The translations under genes were made by a program, and so were the position numbers. A DNA stretch of 64,000 nucleotides from the IMG/VR virus record IMGVR_UViG_3300000115_000011. One strand, 5' to 3'. Under the pieces are notes generated by a model. That model made no database searches. It was not told the origin of the DNA and saw only the letters and a program-made list of their open reading frames with translations. The stretch is from an uncultured virus (IMG/VR IMGVR_UViG_3300000115_000011). Its lineage: Duplodnaviria > Heunggongvirae > Uroviricota > Caudoviricetes. Positions 1-10,700 of the stretch are shown piece by piece. Every line of letters begins with the position of its first letter. Within the stretch, counting starts at the first letter, position 1.

Positions 1-247
1 TTGCTAAATTTGAAACAAGAGCAGATTTAAACGTAGTTCCTACTGCTTTTGGGATATTTTCTGTAACTGCTGAAGTTCCAGCAACAACTTCTATAGTCCC
101 GTCTGCTTTTAAAATGACGGGAACACCATTGGGTAACGTACCTGACGCTACAAAATCAGATTGCCCACCTACACTATCAGCATACTTAGTTGTTTTAACT
201 GAGCCGTCTGTAGTCAACAGCGTTGCTAGGTTTCTTGCTTTGCTCAT
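1..247 (-). CDS. Tail fibre / receptor-binding protein, N-terminal part only (runs off window start; absent from ORF track)
   Basis: Manual translation from ATG at 247: MSKARNLATLLTTDGSVKTTKYADSVGGQSDFVASGTLPNGVPVILKADGTIEVV..., open to base 1. Shares the DFVASGTLPNG module start with 3151..7509. Confidence 0.8.
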   Translation of the reverse strand, partial: MSKARNLATLLTTDGSVKTTKYADSVGGQSDFVASGTLPNGVPVILKADGTIEVVAGTSAVTENIPKAVGTTFKSALVSNLA

Positions 248-273
248 GTCAAATGCCCTTAATAATAAATTGG

Positions 274-624
274 TTACTCACCTACAGCTACCCAAGCCGT
301 TGTAGACTCGTCCCATGTGTATAGTTCACCATCTGAAGGGTAAGCTGTTGGTGCTTCCCAAAGACAAGTTGCATCCACAAGAGTCCAAGACGCATATGGC
401 TTAGGTGGAATGAACGCATCTTTAGCTGAATCATATGTGAATCCCATGCCAGCGTAGTTCATACGCAGTGGAGTTCCACCATCTGAATGAACGCCCCCAT
501 GAGTGTTGTAGGATGTTTGAATCCATTCGCCCGGAGATGTATCAACAAACGAATCAAAAAAGTCAGCCTCAGCTACAATCACTTGCTCAACTGTTCCTGA
601 ATTTACTTTTGCATAATGTGCCAT
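274..624 (-). CDS. Small tail-fibre-associated protein (MAHYAK... family, possible fibre chaperone)
   Basis: Motifs MAHYAKV, WIQTSYN, RMNYAGMG.TYD...DAFIPPKPY.SW; this type usually follows Gly-rich fibre genes in aquatic phages. Confidence 0.65.
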   Translation of the reverse strand: MAHYAKVNSGTVEQVIVAEADFFDSFVDTSPGEWIQTSYNTHGGVHSDGGTPLRMNYAGMGFTYDSAKDAFIPPKPYASWTLVDATCLWEAPTAYPSDGELYTWDESTTAWVAVGE

Positions 625-636
625 TTCTACTACCCC

Positions 637-1944
637 TTAAAGTGCATATCTAATTATTACAATGCCTGAGCCGCCTGATCCTGCTGGTAAAGGTGGTGGG
701 TTTGTATTCTCTGACGAACCTCCTCCACTTCCTGTGTTAGCTGTCCCTGAAGTGGCTAATACACCAATTGCGGCTCCGTTGCCACCGCCACCAGTTCCAC
801 CTAAGCCTCTTACTGCACCTTGAGATGTTGCCGCTCCACCACCACCTCCTGCTCTAATTAATGACGTACCTGTAATACTTGAAGCTTGTCCAGCACCACC
901 TGCTCCTGATTGAGATCCTGAATAAGAAACACCAACAGATCCGGCTCCTCCACCTCCTCCACCAGCATATGGGTGAACGGCTGTTGCGTTACCTCCTGCG
1001 GATCCCTGACCAGTTGTACCTGACCCACCAACTAATGAATAAACAGAACCACTAGCACCTGATCCAGAGCCTCCACTAACACCTCCGCCTATTGCAGCTT
1101 TGCCGCCACCTAATGATACAATGTTAGCAGAGCCTATAGACGAATCACTGCCTTGAATTCCATCTGCGTCATCTGTGCTTGCACCAGCACCGCCTGCACC
1201 AACTGTTATGGTGTAAGCTGCTACGCCCAGTGTCAGTGCAGCTTCAGAAGCAGAACCACCGCCTGATAATTGTCCGACTACGTTAGTCCTGTAGCCACCT
1301 GCACCAGCACCACCACCACGACTTCCGCCAGCAGAACCACCACCACCTCCAGCAATTACTAAGTATTCAAATTCACCTGCTCCAGTTACGGTAAACGTAC
1401 CTGATGTACTAAAAGTATGTATCTTATGAGTAGCTGTGGTTGTTATTACTCCACCTGTAGCAGATATCACAGTTGGTACAGCTGATCCCACTCGTTCCCA
1501 ATCGGTACCATTACTAACATAGAGGTCAGTATCGTCTGTTTTAAAGAACAAACTACCTACTGCTGAAACTGGACTAGGTAACGTAGTGCCTGTAACCACT
1601 CCTACTCCAGCAGCAGAAGCGCTTGCACCCATGATTAACTGGACTTCATCATCTAAATCAAGTGCTGGAGTAAACGTAACTGATGTACCATCGGTTGCTG
1701 TGAAGTCTGTACCAAGCAGCATCTTTGCGCCGTTGATATAACAATCTATACTTCCAACAAAATAGGTTAGCCCAGTTTTAGTCGCTTGGTTTGCAGTAGC
1801 TATAAACTCAACTCGATTAGATACTGTAGATCTAACTTTCCAAGCTGTGCCTGTCCAATCGTAGAACAGACCATTGATAACCAACGAGTCACCAGAGTTA
1901 GGAGAAGCAGGAAACCCACCTGATGTGTACAAATAATCCGTCAT
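637..1944 (-). CDS. Glycine-rich tail fibre protein
   Basis: C-terminal TGG...HTF.TSGTF...EYLVIAGGGGG...GGSGIVIIRY Gly-rich domain; N-terminal FPASP..GD and DFTATDGTSV fibre motifs. Confidence 0.75.
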   Translation of the reverse strand: MTDYLYTSGGFPASPNSGDSLVINGLFYDWTGTAWKVRSTVSNRVEFIATANQATKTGLTYFVGSIDCYINGAKMLLGTDFTATDGTSVTFTPALDLDDEVQLIMGASASAAGVGVVTGTTLPSPVSAVGSLFFKTDDTDLYVSNGTDWERVGSAVPTVISATGGVITTTATHKIHTFSTSGTFTVTGAGEFEYLVIAGGGGGSAGGSRGGGAGAGGYRTNVVGQLSGGGSASEAALTLGVAAYTITVGAGGAGASTDDADGIQGSDSSIGSANIVSLGGGKAAIGGGVSGGSGSGASGSVYSLVGGSGTTGQGSAGGNATAVHPYAGGGGGGAGSVGVSYSGSQSGAGGAGQASSITGTSLIRAGGGGGAATSQGAVRGLGGTGGGGNGAAIGVLATSGTANTGSGGGSSENTNPPPLPAGSGGSGIVIIRYAL

Positions 1945-1947
1945 CTT

Positions 1948-3141
1948 CTAATCCTCAGTAATGTCTATGCCAGCAACATACGCGCTGTAGCTACGAGCTG
2001 CGATACTTACAACACCCCCAGCTACACCAAATTTATCGCCAAAACTATTAACATTAGTAGTATTTAGTGTAAAACTGTGGCCGCCAGCAGATTTAGTAGT
2101 TCTAGTTCTTACTGGAGTACTTCCATTTGTATTAATTACTGTTGCACCATCATTATACTCTCCAAATATCACAGCAATTCCAGTAGCAATTTCAAAAAAT
2201 CCGTTACCGTATTCAGTAGAAGATTGGGAATTTGCTGAGGTTCTTGTCAATACATCCGTATTTAAATTCCAGTAATACCAGTAGGTTGTGCCTACTTCAA
2301 CTATAAATGGTACGCCTGAAGTATTAACAACAAGACCACCTCCATCGCTATAACTTCCTACATTAAAGTTAGCATCACTCTTATGGGTTGTAGCCCCTGT
2401 AGTAAGGTTTGTAATTGAAACAATAGTCCCTGAACCATTCTGTTTAGCGTAAAGAAAATTGCCATGGACAGCTATATAAGATCCTTGATTGTCAGCAGGA
2501 ATTTTTACAGCTTCTCCAGTACAAGTTAAATCAGTTCTCACTCCAGTTTCAATATGCCGTCTGTATATTAAAGTGCTGCTATGTACTGTATATAAGTATG
2601 TTGCGTCTTCAACAATTTGAGAATTAGCTCCAAACATAAAACTAGATGTTTCCGTTCCAGCTTCATTATGCACATGAACTGTTGACCCCAAACGTCTATA
2701 AAACGTTATATCTCCAGTAGTTGAATTCGTATGAATAGCGCCGCTAGTTCCTCTATTTACTGATGTTGTAGCACCAATTTGGGTCAAAGAATTAAAACTG
2801 CCATCAGTGCCATTTCCTTCTGCTAGTTGAATTCCTTCAGTTCCGCTAAAAAACAGTAACCCTTTAAAAGCTTGAGTATTTCTTGCTGGAAACTTTAACT
2901 TTAAAGTAGAAGACGGCCCCATAATTAAACTTTTAGTCCGTTCTAAGACTCCTTCATCAGTTCCCGTATTCATTGTTCTTCCATCAAGATCTAACGTAAC
3001 TCCCTTACCTAAACCAATGCAATCTAAATCTCTCAGAACTGCCCGTTGTGTAGATGATGTTGTGTGCAAGACTACATCTTGAGCCGATGCTGACAATACC
3101 TGATCTACTAAATTTTTAAATACTTTGACTTGCTCGGCCAT
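1948..3141 (-). CDS. Putative tail-associated beta-rich (propeller-like) protein
   Basis: 397 aa, Thr/Gly/Ser-rich beta pattern, co-oriented within the tail cluster. Confidence 0.55.
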   Translation of the reverse strand: MAEQVKVFKNLVDQVLSASAQDVVLHTTSSTQRAVLRDLDCIGLGKGVTLDLDGRTMNTGTDEGVLERTKSLIMGPSSTLKLKFPARNTQAFKGLLFFSGTEGIQLAEGNGTDGSFNSLTQIGATTSVNRGTSGAIHTNSTTGDITFYRRLGSTVHVHNEAGTETSSFMFGANSQIVEDATYLYTVHSSTLIYRRHIETGVRTDLTCTGEAVKIPADNQGSYIAVHGNFLYAKQNGSGTIVSITNLTTGATTHKSDANFNVGSYSDGGGLVVNTSGVPFIVEVGTTYWYYWNLNTDVLTRTSANSQSSTEYGNGFFEIATGIAVIFGEYNDGATVINTNGSTPVRTRTTKSAGGHSFTLNTTNVNSFGDKFGVAGGVVSIAARSYSAYVAGIDITED

Positions 3142-3150
3142 GAGAGGCTC

Positions 3151-6100
3151 CTATGTATACATTAAGATTCTGGCTATAGTTGCCCCAGCAACCGCTGTGG
3201 ATGTAGTGCTGTTTGCTGCGCCTTGATCTAGCCAAGCACTGTCTGTGCCATCCGACAAGTATTCATAAAGAACACCTTGAGAGGTATCAAACCACTGTTG
3301 CCCAAGGGCAGGTGAAGTAGGGGCTGTTGCTTGACTGATTAAGACTAAAGCGGGTGTTCCAGCGGGGCCAGTAGCACCTGCAGGGCCAGCTACAGTTGAG
3401 TCAGCACCATCAGTGCCGTTAGTACCGTTAGTACCTGCTGCACCAGTTGGGCCAGTAGCACCTTGAATACCCTGTATTCCTTGAACCCCTTGTGGGCCTT
3501 GAATAGATCCACCACTTACCCATGCAGAAGTACCGTCCCAGACATGGAAGCTATCATCTGCTTGAACAATGTAGGCATCACCTTGGGTGTTACTTCCTGA
3601 TGGAAGATTACCAATAGCTGCGACTTGTCCTAAGAAATTAATACCTAGACCAGCAGTACCCTGTATTCCCTGTACACCTTGAGATCCAGCTGCGCCAGTT
3701 GCCCCATCTTCTCCGGCAGGGCCAGAAAGCAATATAGTCGTAGCATTTATTGCAAGACCTGCTTCAACTGAAGGTGTTGCTTCAGAAGTATCTAGTGTTC
3801 CATCACCTTGTATGTAGTAGCGAGATCCTGCTGTAAGGCCAGATTGATTTTCGCTAACACCACCTTTAAGAATAATAGATGCCGTTTGACCATCTGTGTA
3901 AGCTGCTGATGAAAGTCCAACGTAACTTAAAGAATTTAAAGTACTAGCTCCTATTGCTTGCATTTGACCAATGTAAGCTTTGCCCGGATTGGTAAACTTA
4001 GACATGTAAACAAATTTACCACTAGTATCTTGAATAAAAGCTAGAGCTGTTGCGTTATGATCAACTGAAGAATTTAATATTGTTTCAGTACCATAACTAA
4101 TAGTTGTACCTGTAACAGAGCCTGTGCGGATCGCTGAATCATTTAAATAGTCTTTCGTGTATAAAACAACAAATTTACCAGAGCTATGTGGGCTAAACGA
4201 TATAGCTACGTTTTTAGCACCGTTGTTGTCTTTAACAAAAAATGAGTTTGCTGTACCTAATGTGATTGACGTTCCTGATACAGTTCCTACTATTGCTGCA
4301 CCATTTTTATCATTTCCAATTATTATGCTACCTTTAAAAGCAACTATAAACTTGGTTGAATTGAAGGGGTCTACACTAAGAGAAAGATACTCCACTCCAC
4401 CAGCTGTGTGAAAATCTACCGGAGTTCCATAGCTAATACTAGTACCTGAAACTGTTGCTACGCAGGCTTTACCTCTAGCTGGGCTATATTCACTCCAAGC
4501 AAGTATAAATTTACCTGATGAAAGTCCTTTTAAAGAAGTGTCATAAACGTCTGTGGCAGAACTATATTGAAACCCAGTACCAAATGTTACACCAGTTCCA
4601 GATACTGTTCCTACTTTACAATAAGCTTTCCATGACACTGAGTAAGTAGTAATTAATTTAGTATCGTCAGCAGGATCAAACGCAACTTTAGATAGCCCAG
4701 ACGTTACGGAAGAAAGAATAACTTCTGTACCAAGAGTTATTGTTGACCCAATTAATGTGCCTATTCTAATTGCAGCATAGCCATTATTTTTTCTGTAACT
4801 TATGGCAAATGTGCCATTAGAAGCAAAACTAATATCTCTAAAAGTTGTATGTTCACTGTTAAAACTAACTGATGTACTAAATGTTATAACAGTTCCATTA
4901 ATAGTTCCGAGTGTGTAGTAACCCTGAGTTCCTTGAAGAAGAATAAACTGATTAACATTATTTGGATCCATTGCAACTTCAATATTCAAAGCTAGAGATG
5001 AAGTGCCAAAATTATAACCAAGACCAGCAGGTATACTTTCTGCCGTAACTGCTGCCGCAACTGCCCGTACTGTACCATCAGCCATCAACTCAACAGCTTG
5101 ACCATTAGGTAACGTACCTGTTGCTACAAAGTCTCTGACTCCTCCAACACCATCTGCTCCAGTTGCTCCATCTAATGTAAACACTTCAAAATTAGAAGGA
5201 AAGTTACTTTGAAGAGATGTATTTACTCCACTTGAAGTCCCTGATTTAGTTAATGTAAAGTTACTAGTAGCAACAAATAGACCGTCAGCAAAGCTATTGT
5301 TAACTCCGGTATAGCCATCTAGCCTAAATACATCTCCGTCTACAACATCTAAGGTTCCGCTGCCTACTCCTAATCCAGTGCCAATCGAGTAATTTAACAA
5401 TACGCCTATAAAGTTAAACTCGCCTTCAGCACCATCAGCACCATCAGCACCATCTAATGTAAATACTTCAAAGTTAGAGGGGAAGTTATTTTGAAGCGCT
5501 GTATTTACTACACTTTGAGTTTGTGATTTAGTTACTGAAAAATTATTAGTAGCAACATAAAGACCATCGCCAAAGCTGTTATTGTTTCCGTTATATCCAT
5601 CTAACCTAAATACATCGCCGTCTACAATATCTACAGTTCCGCTACTTCCTACTAATGACCCTGCGGTAATTGAGTAAGTAAACAATGTCCCGATAAAGCT
5701 AAATTCCCCTTGAGCACCAGCTGCTCCCGCAGGGCCAGTAGCTCCAGTTGCCCCAGTAGCTCCCGCTTCACTTGTTAATAATAACTCGGTAGACGATAAG
5801 GCTCGTCCTGCTTCAACACTAGGATTACCAGCAGTAGTAGAAATAGTACCATCAGTCTGAACATAATAAACTGAATTAGTAGTAAGACTTGTTTGATTAG
5901 CAGACACGCCTCCAGCTAAAACAATAGATGAAGTAGCTCCGTCAGCATAAGCTGCTGTGGACATACCAATGAAGTTATCTGCGGTTAAATTTGGTGCCGC
6001 TGCTAATGCTAATTGACCAAAAAGCGTATAAACAGCATTTGGACTTACAGATCTGTTCCTATAAAACATCATAAATTGACCCGAATTAAATGGGTCAAAA

Positions 6101-7509
6101 GCTGAATTAAGATTAGTATGATTTCCAGCAGCAATAACTATAGGTGTATCAGGAGTTACAGTTGTACCAGACACTGTGCTTACTGCTATCTCAAAGTTAG
6201 ATGACACATAGCTGGCCGTAATAAGTTTAGATAAACTAGAGTTATATGAGCTAAATACAGAGTTTGCTATAGGAGTACCTGATCCTATTTGTGCTGCTGT
6301 GCTAAATGCAAACGTGTTTCCAGACACAGTGCAGACTCTGGCATAAGTGCCTCCATATCGGTAGGCCATTATAAATTTACCAGCAACTGCTGAATCAGAA
6401 AAAATATAATTCCCGTCAAAAGTGCCACCGGTGCCAACAGATTGTATTGTTGTTACAGCCCCAGCCGTAACCGTTGTTCCAGATACAGTGCCCGCTAGTA
6501 TTTTAAATTCAGCATTGGGAGAGGCAACCATATCTTTATAAGAAAGAACATAATTACCAGCAATGCTGCTGTCAAATGATAGGCCATGTTCTCTAAAATC
6601 AGTACCACTATCGGCTAAAACTGGCGTTCCAAAAGTAAGTGTAGTACCAGATAACGTACCCGCATAAACTTTAAGACCAGCGGAACTGTTGGCTGAAACA
6701 ACAAAAGAACCTGAAGTGTTAGGGTCAAAAGCCCATGATCTATAGAGAGTTGAAGTCGAAGCGTATATTGTAGCTGTGCCTAACGTAATAGCGGTTCCAG
6801 AAACAGTGCCAGCAATCATAGTTCCGTAATAAGTGTTAGGAGGTCTATAAGAAACTATAAAGCTGTTAGGCGTTACTGGGTCAAAATCTATTTCAAAAGG
6901 CCCACCTACACTGCCGCCAGCTGCTAAAACTTCGGTACCAAATGTAATTGTAGTTCCAGATATAGTACCTATTACTAGGCGTAAACCACTTCTTATATAA
7001 GCCAATACAACTCTATTTTGTGTGTGCGGATCATAAGCAATAGCTGTAACTGTTGTGTTACCTAAACCCGTATCAGATGGAGTACCGTTAGGTATGCTTT
7101 GAGCAGTTCCTGCAATAGTGACGGCTTCTACAGTGCCATCTGATTTTAAAATTACAGGAGAGCCATTAGGCAAAGTGCCTGAAGCAACAAAGTCTTTAGA
7201 CCCACTATTAGATAAAGCATTAACATCTGCGGCAGTTAATGCTTGGAAGAATGAATCCCCCGCTGACCATGCCTGATCTCCAAACGAAGACTCTGCATTC
7301 TTAGTGACACCTGTTAGCGTCCAGTAAGTTGTGTTGTCTGTCCGACCTGTGTAGCTGATGATCTCAGTCTTACCAGTTGCAGATAAAGTTAAGCGCCCAT
7401 TTGCAGGAACATCTTTGTTAGGCGCGACAGCTTTAAGTACATTGACAGTAGTCGCACCGATTGCTACGTTTGCCTGAAGCGTACCTTGTACGTTATTCTC
7501 GAAAGCCAT
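3151..7509 (-). CDS. Long modular tail fibre with collagen-like G-X-Y segments and two propeller-like modules
   Basis: GATGATGPAG and GPQGVQGIQG triplets; repeated GTVSGTTITFGT blades; two DFVA(S/T)GTLPNG...PSVEAG modules; tandem ~90-aa duplication. Confidence 0.85.
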   Translation of the reverse strand: MAFENNVQGTLQANVAIGATTVNVLKAVAPNKDVPANGRLTLSATGKTEIISYTGRTDNTTYWTLTGVTKNAESSFGDQAWSAGDSFFQALTAADVNALSNSGSKDFVASGTLPNGSPVILKSDGTVEAVTIAGTAQSIPNGTPSDTGLGNTTVTAIAYDPHTQNRVVLAYIRSGLRLVIGTISGTTITFGTEVLAAGGSVGGPFEIDFDPVTPNSFIVSYRPPNTYYGTMIAGTVSGTAITLGTATIYASTSTLYRSWAFDPNTSGSFVVSANSSAGLKVYAGTLSGTTLTFGTPVLADSGTDFREHGLSFDSSIAGNYVLSYKDMVASPNAEFKILAGTVSGTTVTAGAVTTIQSVGTGGTFDGNYIFSDSAVAGKFIMAYRYGGTYARVCTVSGNTFAFSTAAQIGSGTPIANSVFSSYNSSLSKLITASYVSSNFEIAVSTVSGTTVTPDTPIVIAAGNHTNLNSAFDPFNSGQFMMFYRNRSVSPNAVYTLFGQLALAAAPNLTADNFIGMSTAAYADGATSSIVLAGGVSANQTSLTTNSVYYVQTDGTISTTAGNPSVEAGRALSSTELLLTSEAGATGATGATGPAGAAGAQGEFSFIGTLFTYSITAGSLVGSSGTVDIVDGDVFRLDGYNGNNNSFGDGLYVATNNFSVTKSQTQSVVNTALQNNFPSNFEVFTLDGADGADGAEGEFNFIGVLLNYSIGTGLGVGSGTLDVVDGDVFRLDGYTGVNNSFADGLFVATSNFTLTKSGTSSGVNTSLQSNFPSNFEVFTLDGATGADGVGGVRDFVATGTLPNGQAVELMADGTVRAVAAAVTAESIPAGLGYNFGTSSLALNIEVAMDPNNVNQFILLQGTQGYYTLGTINGTVITFSTSVSFNSEHTTFRDISFASNGTFAISYRKNNGYAAIRIGTLIGSTITLGTEVILSSVTSGLSKVAFDPADDTKLITTYSVSWKAYCKVGTVSGTGVTFGTGFQYSSATDVYDTSLKGLSSGKFILAWSEYSPARGKACVATVSGTSISYGTPVDFHTAGGVEYLSLSVDPFNSTKFIVAFKGSIIIGNDKNGAAIVGTVSGTSITLGTANSFFVKDNNGAKNVAISFSPHSSGKFVVLYTKDYLNDSAIRTGSVTGTTISYGTETILNSSVDHNATALAFIQDTSGKFVYMSKFTNPGKAYIGQMQAIGASTLNSLSYVGLSSAAYTDGQTASIILKGGVSENQSGLTAGSRYYIQGDGTLDTSEATPSVEAGLAINATTILLSGPAGEDGATGAAGSQGVQGIQGTAGLGINFLGQVAAIGNLPSGSNTQGDAYIVQADDSFHVWDGTSAWVSGGSIQGPQGVQGIQGIQGATGPTGAAGTNGTNGTDGADSTVAGPAGATGPAGTPALVLISQATAPTSPALGQQWFDTSQGVLYEYLSDGTDSAWLDQGAANSTTSTAVAGATIARILMYT

Positions 7510-7510
7510 T

Positions 7511-7783
7511 TTATGTATCCTTCACTTTAACTTTAAAGTTCACTTCTTTAGTTCGGCCTTGGTTGGTCTCAACTGTGACAGAAACGATGTAGCTCTTTTT
7601 ATCCAGACCTGCGGCTACCCAAACTTTAGGTATGATGGTCGCTGCATCAGTCACATAAATAGTCAAGCCCGCTGGAGTTGAGGCGGTCACAGTTGAAATT
7701 ATCGCGTCCCCATTTGGAAGCCATGCAGTAAAATCAATGTCATAGTCCAATCTTTCAGTGGGCTGTTTGGTATACGATTCCAT
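7511..7783 (-). CDS. Putative fibre-tail adaptor protein
   Basis: KQP.E.LDYDIDF..WL..GD.I...T..GRT motif typical of small phage fibre adaptors; position between fibre genes. Confidence 0.6.
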   Translation of the reverse strand: MESYTKQPTERLDYDIDFTAWLPNGDAIISTVTASTPAGLTIYVTDAATIIPKVWVAAGLDKKSYIVSVTVETNQGRTKEVNFKVKVKDT

Positions 7784-7795
7784 AAATATCTCTCT

Positions 7796-10700
7796 TTAAG
7801 CTGCTTCGGCAAAGATGGTTCTATCTTCTGCATCTACAATGATTCTTCGGTCAATCGCTTCAACCGCGATAGATCGGACTTCTGCCTCAACCAATATGAG
7901 AATGCCGTTACTGCGTTCACCCGTCTGTGAAACATAAGTAAAGCTGCTTACTAGTTCAGCTGTTGCTATGGCGTTTATCGGAGAAGGAACCCTCATCCTA
8001 AAGGCTGTTGCTACTACTGAAGCAGCGGCATTTGAATAACCAAACGCAGCGTTTATTCCTGTCCCTGAAACAGCTATGTCAGCCGTTCCGACTACATCCG
8101 CCTTGCCATAAATTTCCTTATCAGCTAATGACACAACATCAGACGAAGCTGATAGTGCAGCACTGGTGAATACAAGGAAGTTTGTGTTAACTGGAGATAT
8201 GGAAGCTGTACCATTTAACGTACAGGTTGCAGCACTCTCAATATGGGATGCGGCTGTGGTATCTGCTGACGCTGAGATCTGAGCAGAAGCAGTTTGTATT
8301 GCTCCAGCTGTGGCAGATAGTTCAGATGATGCAGTGAGGCTAAAGCTAAATTGTATGAATGCTTCGGCTGCAACATTTGCTGTAGGTGCGTAGCCTGTGT
8401 ATACAGTAACTGGCTCAACCCAAACAGCGGGATGTGTAGTAGTGACTCTTTGTTTAATGCTACCTGAGTAGCCACTTACTCCACTTCTAGTTTGAGCATG
8501 GCTTAACTGCGTATAATAAGTAGTTCCTGCGGGTGCTGCGTTATTTAAAGTGTTTAGTATAGTAGTAGGGATGTTAGTTCCGTTATACGTAGTGTTTGCA
8601 TAATACGGATCTATAGGTAACCAAACAAAAGAAATTTGAATTTGTGAGTTAGCATTATTTACCCAATAAGCAGCAGCAGCAGTATCGACTGAAGTGTCGT
8701 AAGCAGGTATTGTATAGCCCGCAACAACGTAGCTAGAGTCAGACACATGAGCTTCAGCACTTATTAACGTGTCGCCATCAGCAAAGGCAGAAGCACCTGC
8801 GTTCACTGAGGCACTAGCAGCTGATTCTGATAGGTAGCCAGAGGCATCAATGCTGGCTGTTGCGGTAGCTGTTGATTGCCCCGCAGTAATAATTACAAGG
8901 TCTCCAACAGCACTCATCGTTACAGATGGATTGATTGATGCTGAAGCGTCAAATATCACATAGGTTGATGAAGCGACAGAGACTGAAGCATTAGCCACAA
9001 TATCAGTCTGGCCTACAGCCTTCTTGTTACCGACAGAGATCGCTAGACTAGATCCACTGAAGGCTCCACTAGCAAACACAGTGTTAAAGCTTTCAGCTGT
9101 CGCTTCAGCATCTGCCAATACTTGGGCTGATCCTAATATGTCAACGGTGACACTTAGCGATAAGTCTGCCGTAGCATCAAAATGTACCCCTGATGCGTCA
9201 ATGTACCTTACTTTAAACGCTGTTGACGTAGCTGATGCTGCACTAGTTAAGTCTACTATGCCTATACAAACTCGAGTACCTGTTGCAGTAACCTCAGCAG
9301 ATCCTGTTGGGTAGGCGAAGCTACCACTAAGGACACTTACATCTGAAACCACAACCTGAGCATTAGGTGTGTAGCCTGTATATACAGTAAGTGGTGGGGT
9401 ATAAACAGAGTAAGGTGTGTTTACCTCTATGTGCTTCCAATAACCCTGATAATATACGCCATTAATATAATATGTGGTGTAACTTCCGGAACTTAACATG
9501 GAGCCAATTCGATATTGGTACCCCGTATTTGCTTGTGATATTGGCGCTAGACTTGGTGAAGCACTATAGACCTGATAGGTTGGTGGATACAGTCCGGGAA
9601 CAGCTTGGAAAAGAAAATAATTATTGCTATTAGCGGCATAGTACGTTCCACCAGAATTAGCCCAGCTGTCATACCAAGTGGTGTAGCCCGGAATAACGTA
9701 GCTAGAGTCCGACACATGCGCTTCGGCTGAAATAATTCTTGCTGCGATTGCCGAACTTGAAACCGAGGCGCTACAAGTAACTGTTGCCTGACCATTGCTA
9801 CTAGCCTGTGCTACAGCCGTTAGGTTGGCACTGCCTGTATACTGAGCATGCCCAACTGAAATCTTATTACCAACTGATATGGAAACAGCAAAAGCAGACA
9901 ACGCTGCGGATACATCAATAATAAGAGATGGCGCAGTAGCAATGACGCAAGAGCCGTCAATATTCGCAGTTGCAAAATGTATAGTAGCAGTCGTAGCCGA
10001 TATATTTGCATGAGCGATAATAGCTGCATATGGATTAGCAGTATTAAATGCTGAACTTGAAACAGAACTCTGAGCGACACAGCTGGCTTGAGCATATGAA
10101 TCGTTAGCTGCAATCGAAGTCACAACAGATGAAGCTGCTATTGAAGCTGTGTTGTAAACTTCAGAGTTAGCCGCGCTAGAAACTGCTGCGTTAGCATTGA
10201 TCGTTGTATGAGCGACTGACTTCTTATGGCCAACTGATATGGCAATACTGGAGCCAATGAAGGTTGCACTAGCCGAGGATACATTATAGCTAACACTTGA
10301 TAATGAGCTAGATCCAGCAACGCTTGCTTGAGCACCAGAAATCGCTATGGCTTCAGAAGTTACATTGCTCGATGAATCAAATGCTGCACCTACACCTACA
10401 ACTGCATGAGCGGCAGCCGTTAACTCTGATACAGAGGTAATTGTAACTAAGGCTTCAACAACGGAATTTGATGACGCGGCAATTAAGGCGGAGCCATTAA
10501 GGGCTGCGCTTGCAAAAGAATTTATACTGGCTGAAACATCGTCAGCACTTGAAACAGATACAGTGCCACCCATACCAGAATGGTAAGCACAATAATAATA
10601 AAGAGTAGATGGGGTGTCTTCAGTGACAACAATGGAAATGGAAGAGCCAGCCTGACCTTGATAACCAGTAATGGTTACGCCAGTAGTGTACTCGCTGCCA

